Of a stretch of 43,014 bases of DNA, positions 36,791 through 43,014 are shown piece after piece. The stretch is from Gemmatimonas phototrophica (GTDB taxonomy: Bacteria > Gemmatimonadota > Gemmatimonadetes > Gemmatimonadales > Gemmatimonadaceae). The stretch lies in NCBI GenBank assembly GCA_945870175.1, contig CAMBRJ010000001.1:1-43014 (forward strand), read 5' to 3'. Made by a program: the position numbers and the translations under genes. The notes under the pieces are model-generated. The model saw only the letters and a list, made by a program, of their open reading frames with translations, did no database searches and was not told where the DNA came from. Numbering within the stretch: the stretch's first letter is position 1; each line of letters starts with the position of its first letter.

Positions 36791-38776
36791 TTACTCGCCG
36801 ATCGGCGTCCGGCGGATCTCCATGAGCAGATTCTGCAGATCCGCCGGGCTGATGCCTGGGATCTGACCCGCCTGGGCCAGCGTGGCCGGGCGGATGCGCG
36901 TGAGCTTCTGGCGCGCCTCGATCGAGATCGTCAGCATCGCCTCGTAGTTCAGCGACGCGTGCAGCGACACCGTTCCCTGCGCCTTGAGCCGGTTGGCGCG
37001 ATTCCGTTCCTTGTCGAAGTAGCGCTCGTACTTGATCTCGAGCTCCGCGCCGACCACCGCGTCCATCGGCAGATCGTCACCTACCCCCGCCGCCGCGAAA
37101 AGCACCGGCAGCGACACATGCTGCCGGCGCGTGAGCTCGATCGCGCGCACCGCGTGCAGCAATGGCGCCGAACCGACCGCCAGCAACAACGGGTCGGCCA
37201 CCGCGGGCGTCATGCTCGTGCGCTCCGCCAGCGCATACGCCTCACGTACCGCGCCCAATCGTATGCCCATTTGGGCCTGTTCATCCGGCGCGAGCAGCCC
37301 CAACCCATCGGCGATCTCGCCGAGTCGCGCAAGCGCGTTGTCTTGCCGCACGGTGAGTCGGAATTCGCTGCGGGACGTGAACAGCCGATACGGCTCGTCG
37401 ACACCGCGCGTGACCAAGTCGTCGATGAGCACACCGATGTAGCTCGTTTCACGACCGAGGATCACCGGCTCGCGTTCCTGCACCCACCGGGCGGCGTTGA
37501 GGCCGGCGATCACGCCCTGACCAGCGGCTTCCTCGTAGCCCGTCGTGCCGTTCACCTGACCAGCGAAATACAGACCGTGCACCGCGCGTGACGCGAGCGT
37601 CGACGAGAGCTGCGTGGGCGGATAGTAGTCGTACTCGATCGCGTAGCCGGCGCGCGTCATGCGCACGTCTTCGAGTCCGCGCACACTGCGCAGGATCGCC
37701 AGTTGCACCGGCGCCGGCAGCGACGTCGACAACCCGTTCACGTACAACTCGCTCGTGTCGTGTCCTTCCGGCTCGAGAAAGAGCTGATGCTGCGCCTTGT
37801 CGGGAAACTTCACCACCTTGTCTTCGACACTCGGGCAATAGCGCGGACCACGCGACGCAATCGCACCGCCATACATCGCCGACTCGGCAAGATGATCGGC
37901 GATGATCGACGTACCCGCTTCGTCGAGCATCGTGAGCCAGCAGGGCATCTGCGCCGGATGACGCGTGCGCAACGCGCCGTCTACGACGTGCGCACGAGGC
38001 GTGCTCCAGAAGTGCGACCACGAATAGTCGAACTGCTCGATCTCGCTGTGTTGCAATTCGAGATCGTCGGTGCGCACACTGCGTCCATCAATGCGCGGCG
38101 GCGTGCCCGTCTTGAAGCGTTCCGTGGTGAGGCCGAGTGCATCCAGTTGCTCGCCGAGCAGGACCGACGACGCTTCGCCGGCGCGACCGCCGCTGATCTG
38201 CGTGCCGGTGCCGATGTGCATCTTGCCGCGTCCGAACGTGCCGGTGGTGAGCACGACCGATCGCGCGCCGAAGCGACGGCCTTCGATCGTCTCCACGCCG
38301 GACACGCGCTCGCCGCTCGCGTCAAACAGCAGTCGCGCCACCATGCCCTGGATGGTGACGAGGGCGGGCTGCGCTTCGAGCAGCTGTCGTACCGCGCGGC
38401 GATAGAGACCGCGATCGCACTGGGCGCGTGGTGCCCACACCGCCGGGCCTTTGCCGCGATTGAGCATGCGGAACTGCACCGACGCCAGGTCGGTGGCGCG
38501 TGCCATGATGCCGCCCAGCGCATCGACCTCGCGCACCACGGTGCCTTTGGCGATGCCGCCGATGGCCGGGTTGCACGACAGCTGCCCGATCTGTTCGAGC
38601 GCGCCGGTGATGAGCGCCACCGAGGCGCCCGACCGCGCGGCCGCCACCGCGGCTTCGGTGCCCGCGTGTCCGGCGCCGATCACGACCACGTCGAACGACG
38701 CCTCGACCGTGGCGCTGACGGCGGAGTGGAGACGGGCGGAATGCGCGGGCGCGGGCGTGAACGGGGACACGGTCAT
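36791..38776 (-). CDS. mnmG: tRNA uridine 5-carboxymethylaminomethyl modification enzyme MnmG (GidA)
   Basis: VIGAGHAGTEAA, SCNPAIGGIAKG, LNRGKGPAV, FKTGTPPR, GPRYCPSVEDK, AGQVNGTTGYEEAAGQG, EPYRLFTSRSEFRL. Confidence 0.98.
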   Translation of the reverse strand: MTVSPFTPAPAHSARLHSAVSATVEASFDVVVIGAGHAGTEAAVAAARSGASVALITGALEQIGQLSCNPAIGGIAKGTVVREVDALGGIMARATDLASVQFRMLNRGKGPAVWAPRAQCDRGLYRRAVRQLLEAQPALVTIQGMVARLLFDASGERVSGVETIEGRRFGARSVVLTTGTFGRGKMHIGTGTQISGGRAGEASSVLLGEQLDALGLTTERFKTGTPPRIDGRSVRTDDLELQHSEIEQFDYSWSHFWSTPRAHVVDGALRTRHPAQMPCWLTMLDEAGTSIIADHLAESAMYGGAIASRGPRYCPSVEDKVVKFPDKAQHQLFLEPEGHDTSELYVNGLSTSLPAPVQLAILRSVRGLEDVRMTRAGYAIEYDYYPPTQLSSTLASRAVHGLYFAGQVNGTTGYEEAAGQGVIAGLNAARWVQEREPVILGRETSYIGVLIDDLVTRGVDEPYRLFTSRSEFRLTVRQDNALARLGEIADGLGLLAPDEQAQMGIRLGAVREAYALAERTSMTPAVADPLLLAVGSAPLLHAVRAIELTRRQHVSLPVLFAAAGVGDDLPMDAVVGAELEIKYERYFDKERNRANRLKAQGTVSLHASLNYEAMLTISIEARQKLTRIRPATLAQAGQIPGISPADLQNLLMEIRRTPIGE

Positions 38777-38904
38777 GTTGCTCAAGCTAGAGGCCGTGGC
38801 AAGGCACTTCCGACGCGGGTGCCGACGTCGGTTCCCTCGCGGTGGGTCCCGCTGCTATATCCCTGACAGGTTGCCCGATCCTCCCCTGCCGACCACCACC
38901 GCCG

Positions 38905-39195
38905 ATGCCGCTGATTCTTCCGAACACCGCGCCGACCCTGCTCATCCGGAAGTCGGCATTCGAGCGCGTCGAGATGACCCGGGCGCAGGTCGATGAAGCA
39001 CTGGGGCTCACGCCCGATGAATTCCGAATCGAGGGGGCGCTGATCGCCATCGGTCCGCTGGTCGGCGAGGACACCCTCAGCGATTTGATCGAGCGCCTCG
39101 AGCGCGCCGGACTCGTGTACTACGACGACTTCTTCGAGTTGAGCGGAAACTGGCCCGAGTGGCTCCGGCTCTTCGCCATGGACGCTTCCGTCTGA
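38905..39195 (+). CDS. Hypothetical protein (96 aa, acidic)
   Basis: Protein-like composition (LERAGLVYYDDFFELSGNWPEWLRLF), GC3-rich codons; divergent from mnmG. Confidence 0.75.
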   Translation: MPLILPNTAPTLLIRKSAFERVEMTRAQVDEALGLTPDEFRIEGALIAIGPLVGEDTLSDLIERLERAGLVYYDDFFELSGNWPEWLRLFAMDASV

Positions 39196-39482
39196 TTCAC
39201 GAATCTCCGGTGTCGTTCGGCCGATAGCCAGACGTCGCTGCGCCGGAGCACGCCTTCCCAGCCACAGCCGATGCACCAGCTGCGGCGGAAGCGCTCACCC
39301 AGCACACGCCACCAGCCGACGCGCTCCACGGCGAGCGTCTCGCTGTCGCACAGCGGGCAGACGTCCCCGTCGGGGATCATCATCACGAACGCCTTCGTCA
39401 CGAGCCAGAAGATGGCCACCCGCATCGACAGGAAGACGGCGATGAAGATGGCCGCGTCGGTCCAGCTCCAGCGTCCGGGCAT
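39120..39482 (-). CDS. Hypothetical membrane-anchored zinc-ribbon protein
   Basis: N-terminal TM, CPLC..CIGC; ATG 39482 overlaps the upstream hydrolase stop (TGATG). Confidence 0.7.
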   Translation of the reverse strand: MPGRWSWTDAAIFIAVFLSMRVAIFWLVTKAFVMMIPDGDVCPLCDSETLAVERVGWWRVLGERFRRSWCIGCGWEGVLRRSDVWLSAERHRRFVNQTEASMAKSRSHSGQFPLNSKKSS

Positions 39483-40495
39483 CAGACCACCACGGTGCGG
39501 AGGAACCGCTGCATCCGCGCGGCGAGAAACTCGGCGGCCCGCCACTCGCCGTAGTACCACGGATTCCACGGGCGTCGGCCGGCGGTGAAGCCCACGTGTC
39601 CGCCGCGCGCGGGGAATTCCACTTCCACCCGATCGTTCTCGCGCACCGCGCGTCGCACTTCGTCCAGCACATCGGGCGGCAGGAACGGGTCGTCGACCGC
39701 GTTTAGCAGGAGCGTCGGGAGCTGGATGCGCGCTAGGTAGGGCAGTGAGCTGGCGCGGGCGTAATAATCGGCCGCGTCGCGAAAACCGTGTAGCGGCGCC
39801 GTGAAGGCGTCGTCGAATTCCCAGAGCGTACGGGCGTTCTGGACACGGCGCAGCGGTGCGAGCTGCGGATGCCGGTCGATCTTGGCGAGTGCCTTCGGGA
39901 TCAGCGACTTGAGAAAGAACTTCTCATAGATCGCGCCGAACCCCCGGCCGATATGCCGGGAGGCCCGGGCTAGATCGAAGGGGACCGACATGGCCACCGC
40001 ACCCACGATCTGCTCGGGAAGCACGGCGCCGTACTCGCCCAGCAGCTTGCACAGGACGTTGCCACCCAGCGAGACGCCCATGAGGCCGAGGGGCGCGTCG
40101 GGGAATTGGCGGGATATCTGCTCGACGACCCAGAGCGGGTCGGTGGTCTCCCCGGAGTGGTAGCTGCGAGGGAGCCGGTTCGTCTCCGTGCCGCAGGTCC
40201 GGAACAGGAGCAGATCGGCCGCCCACCCGCGCTGGCCGGCCTCGCGGAACATCGCGCGGGCGTAATGGGAGTGCATGCCCCCCTCTAGCCCATGAAACAG
40301 CAGCAGGCGGGGAGCCGCCGCGCCCTCCGGGCTCTCCAGACGTGCGACCTCGAGAAAGTCGCCATCGGGGGTGTCCCAGCGTTCCAGGCGCATCGCCAGC
40401 GCGGGTTCGCGGCGGCCGAGCCGACCCCACAGCGTGGCGCTGTGCGGATCCGGAAGCCACCAAGCTGGCCGATAGGGGCGCGATGCGGCGTACAT
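39482..40495 (-). CDS. YheT-family alpha/beta hydrolase
   Basis: TPDGDFL, FHGLEGG, SYHSGET, GVSLGGN nucleophile elbow, EFDDAFTAPLHGF, DDPF, GGHVGF. Confidence 0.92.
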   Translation of the reverse strand: MYAASRPYRPAWWLPDPHSATLWGRLGRREPALAMRLERWDTPDGDFLEVARLESPEGAAAPRLLLFHGLEGGMHSHYARAMFREAGQRGWAADLLLFRTCGTETNRLPRSYHSGETTDPLWVVEQISRQFPDAPLGLMGVSLGGNVLCKLLGEYGAVLPEQIVGAVAMSVPFDLARASRHIGRGFGAIYEKFFLKSLIPKALAKIDRHPQLAPLRRVQNARTLWEFDDAFTAPLHGFRDAADYYARASSLPYLARIQLPTLLLNAVDDPFLPPDVLDEVRRAVRENDRVEVEFPARGGHVGFTAGRRPWNPWYYGEWRAAEFLAARMQRFLRTVVV

Positions 40496-40548
40496 GGAGA
40501 CAATATGTAGGGTGTTCGGCACGATTCGTTTCCCTGTCACCCCCCCAC

Positions 40549-41796
40549 GTGATCTCGCGCCTCCTCAGGAACCTGACTTTTCAGGTGCTCGTCGCGGTCT
40601 CGCTCGGCATTCTGCTGGGCGTCGTAGCCCCTGACACCGCCAAGTCGCTCAAGCCCCTCGGCGACACGTTCATCAATCTCGTGAAGATGGTGATCACGCC
40701 GATCATCTTCCTCACCATCGTGCACGGCATCGCGAGTATGGCGGATCTGCGCAAGCTCGGACGTGTAGGCGGCAAGGCGCTGTTGTATTTCGAGTTGGTG
40801 TCCACGCTCGCGTTGGCCATCGGCCTCGTCATTGTGAACGTGACGAAGCCCGGTGCGGGCCTCGATATCTCGACGATGGTGATGGGCGACGTGAGCAAGT
40901 ATACGTCGGCGGGGGCACAGCAGAGCACGCTCGAGTTCATGCTCCATATCGTGCCCAGCAACGTTGTGGCCGCGTTTGCCAGCGGTGAGCTGCTGCCCGT
41001 GGTGTTCTTCTCCGTGCTCTTTGGTGTCGCTCTGACCGCGGTCGGAGATGCGGGGCGCGATATCGCCGATCTCCTCGTGCGCTTCCAGGCGGTGTTCTTC
41101 AAAATTGTCGCCATGGTCATGGTGCTCGCGCCGATCGGCGCGTTCGGCGCGATGGCCTACACGGTGGGCACGTTCGGACTGAAGACACTGGTGCCCCTCG
41201 CGCGTTTGATGCTCGATGTGTACCTCACAATGGCCGTGTTCGTGTTCGTGGTGCTTGGCCTGATCTGTCGAGCCTACGGCTTTCGCATCTGGAAATTCGT
41301 GCGCTTTATCAAGGATGAAATTCTGCTGGTGCTCGGGACGTCCAGCTCGGAAGCGGCGCTGCCGCGCATGCTGCAGAAGCTGGAGCAGTACGGGTGTGCG
41401 AAGCCGGTCGTGGGCCTCGTGATTCCCACCGGCTATTCGTTCAACCTCGACGGCACGAGCATCTATCTGTCGATGGCCACGATCTTCATCGCGCAGGTCT
41501 ACAAGGTCGATCTGAGCATTTCACAACAGCTCGGGCTGCTCGGCATTCTCATGCTCACCAGCAAGGGAGCGGCCGGCGTCACGGGCTCCGGGTTTATCGT
41601 GCTGGCCAGTACGCTCGCGGCCACCCGCACGGTGCCGGTGGAAGGCGTCGCCCTGCTGCTTGGCGTGGACCGTTTCATGTCGGAAGCGCGGGCGATCACG
41701 AACCTCATTGGCAACGGCGTGGCCACGTTGGTGGTGTCGCGTAGTGAAGGGGCGTTCGACGACGCGAAGCGCGAAATCGCGGACGCCAATTTGTGA
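40549..41796 (+). CDS. dctA: C4-dicarboxylate:cation symporter DctA (DAACS family)
   Basis: FINLVKMVITPIIF, GRVGGKALLYFE, LGTSSSEAALP, GLVIPTGYSFNLDGTSIY, LTSKGAAGVTGSGF, GVDRFMSEARA. Start trimmed to GTG 40549. Confidence 0.93.
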   Translation: MISRLLRNLTFQVLVAVSLGILLGVVAPDTAKSLKPLGDTFINLVKMVITPIIFLTIVHGIASMADLRKLGRVGGKALLYFELVSTLALAIGLVIVNVTKPGAGLDISTMVMGDVSKYTSAGAQQSTLEFMLHIVPSNVVAAFASGELLPVVFFSVLFGVALTAVGDAGRDIADLLVRFQAVFFKIVAMVMVLAPIGAFGAMAYTVGTFGLKTLVPLARLMLDVYLTMAVFVFVVLGLICRAYGFRIWKFVRFIKDEILLVLGTSSSEAALPRMLQKLEQYGCAKPVVGLVIPTGYSFNLDGTSIYLSMATIFIAQVYKVDLSISQQLGLLGILMLTSKGAAGVTGSGFIVLASTLAATRTVPVEGVALLLGVDRFMSEARAITNLIGNGVATLVVSRSEGAFDDAKREIADANL

Positions 41797-42152
41797 GCAC
41801 GATGGACACCGTGGTCCAGGTTTTCGGCACGAAGAAAAGTGCTGACACCCGCAAGGCGCAGCGCTTCTTTCAGGAGCGTCGCATCAAGGTGCACTTCTGC
41901 GATCTGGCGGAGCGGCCGGCGTCGGTTGGTGAGTTGAAGCGGTTTACGCAGAAGTTCGGCGTCGACGCGATCATCGACCGCACGTCAAAGCGCTTTCTGG
42001 ACCTCGGGTTGCGCCAGGCGCTGTACGGCGAGGAGCGGTGGCTCAGCATTCTTGCCGATGAACCGATGATTTTGAAACAGCCGCTGATTCGCTTCCAGCA
42101 CAAAGTGTGTGTGGGCGTGGACGAGAAGCTGTGGAAGGAGTGGCTCGCGTAG
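41793..42152 (+). CDS. ArsC/Spx/YffB-family protein
   Basis: VQVFGTKKSADTRKAQRFFQER..GELKRF..PMILKQPLIR; GTGA overlap with dctA. Confidence 0.85.
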   Translation: MSTMDTVVQVFGTKKSADTRKAQRFFQERRIKVHFCDLAERPASVGELKRFTQKFGVDAIIDRTSKRFLDLGLRQALYGEERWLSILADEPMILKQPLIRFQHKVCVGVDEKLWKEWLA

Positions 42153-42313
42153 TCGGTGGTACTCTCCGACGCCAGAAGCGGACTGTATCATGGTGATTGG
42201 AAGGGATTCTCCTGACAGATGTAGGGGGTATACCCGATAACCCGTTGGGCTCCGTCGATGAAGACTGGAGAAAATGGAGGTAAAGGAAGACTGGAGATAA
42301 CGGAGATGAATGT

Positions 42314-43014
42314 ATGCGCACGAGAGTATTGGATGTTTCGCGGCAACAACTGGCGGCACGCGTTCTTCCGGTGGAAGCCCCCGACGCATTGACCGCAGCG
42401 CTGCTGAATGACGCAACACGACGACGAGGGGCCCGGTTTACCGGTGAACCGATTCGGATCGCGGTCCTTGATCGCAATCCGCTCATGCGCCAAGCACTGA
42501 CGGCGTTGCTGGCTCGTGATCCACGAATCCATCTCGTCGGGGACTCAGCTGATCTCGACCAGTGCCTCAACTACGCCACCCATCGCGCGGCGCAGGTCGT
42601 GTTGCTGTCTGCCGAGCCGGACGTAGCGACCGTGATCCGACAGGTCAGTGCGCTGGCCGCGCTCCCACTCGGACCGCACATCCTTGTGCTCAATGGCCAG
42701 CAGCGGACCGATGAGGTGCTCGAAGCATTCCGCGCCGGCGCGTTCGGCTATTTGCCGTGGAGTGCCTCGGTCACCGATCTGATCGAAGCGATCGAGATGG
42801 TGGCGGACGGCATGAGCTACGTGCTGCCCACGACCGCGAAGGTGTTAGCGACCGGCCTTCGTGCGCCGCCGCCGGGCACCCCCGCACGGGGCAACTCAAG
42901 TCTCGATGTGCTGAGTGCGCGTGAGCGCACCGTGCTCGAGCGTATCGCGCGTGGCTTCAGTGGGCCGGAAGTTGCCGGCCAGCTGGGCATCACGGTGAAA
43001 ACCGTGGACACCTA
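42314..43014 (+). CDS. NarL/LuxR-family regulator with an atypical receiver; runs off the window edge
   Basis: Manual translation: IRIAVLDRNPLMRQAL..AFRAGAFGYLPW..LSARERTVLERIARGFSGPEVAGQLGITVKTVDT (LuxR HTH). Start uncertain. Confidence 0.9.
   Translation, partial: MRTRVLDVSRQQLAARVLPVEAPDALTAALLNDATRRRGARFTGEPIRIAVLDRNPLMRQALTALLARDPRIHLVGDSADLDQCLNYATHRAAQVVLLSAEPDVATVIRQVSALAALPLGPHILVLNGQQRTDEVLEAFRAGAFGYLPWSASVTDLIEAIEMVADGMSYVLPTTAKVLATGLRAPPPGTPARGNSSLDVLSARERTVLERIARGFSGPEVAGQLGITVKTVDT

Noticed and set aside
36371-36825. Small ORFs reading AKDAKDAK or FASFASF
   Set aside because: They are translations of the 9-nt DNA repeat in several frames and strands, with no SD or coding signature.
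42258-42392. 44-aa ORF (MKTGENGGKG..WKPPTH) overlapping the LuxR-type start
   Set aside because: No SD, it derives partly from the GGA repeat tract, and no modification or attenuator context is visible; cannot be supported.

Overview
High-GC bacterial chromosome segment spanning the replication origin. Gene content and style suggest Gemmatimonadota (Gemmatimonas-like); this is inference, not a database result. Left arm (- strand): partial mnmE, yidC, yidD, rnpA, rpmH. Then dnaA, a probable oriC with DnaA-trios and an AT-rich unwinding element, and dnaN. Rightward: a lipoprotein, RNase P RNA (rnpB), an AraC-type regulator, a Ser/Thr kinase-pyrE-chemoreceptor unit, a GWxTD lipoprotein coupled to polA, a type IV pilin with a sigma54-type promoter, a DUF4031-like protein, an MFS transporter, Tex, a SWIM-SNF2 ATPase, an M19 dipeptidase, a BMP-type nucleoside ABC transporter with an embedded Nif3/DUF34 gene, parB-parA with two parS sites, SIMPL, mnmG, a YheT-like hydrolase, dctA, an ArsC/Spx-like protein and a partial NarL/LuxR regulator. 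No CRISPR array, transposase, rRNA or tRNA was seen. Most notable: a beta-clamp-binding-like motif (QMDMF) inside DnaA at an Hda-like position, probable non-canonical starts for rnpA (ATA) and pyrE (CTG), two large palindromic elements built from 9-nt periodic repeats, apparently frequent leaderless genes, and a split origin gene cluster with no rsmG in the window.
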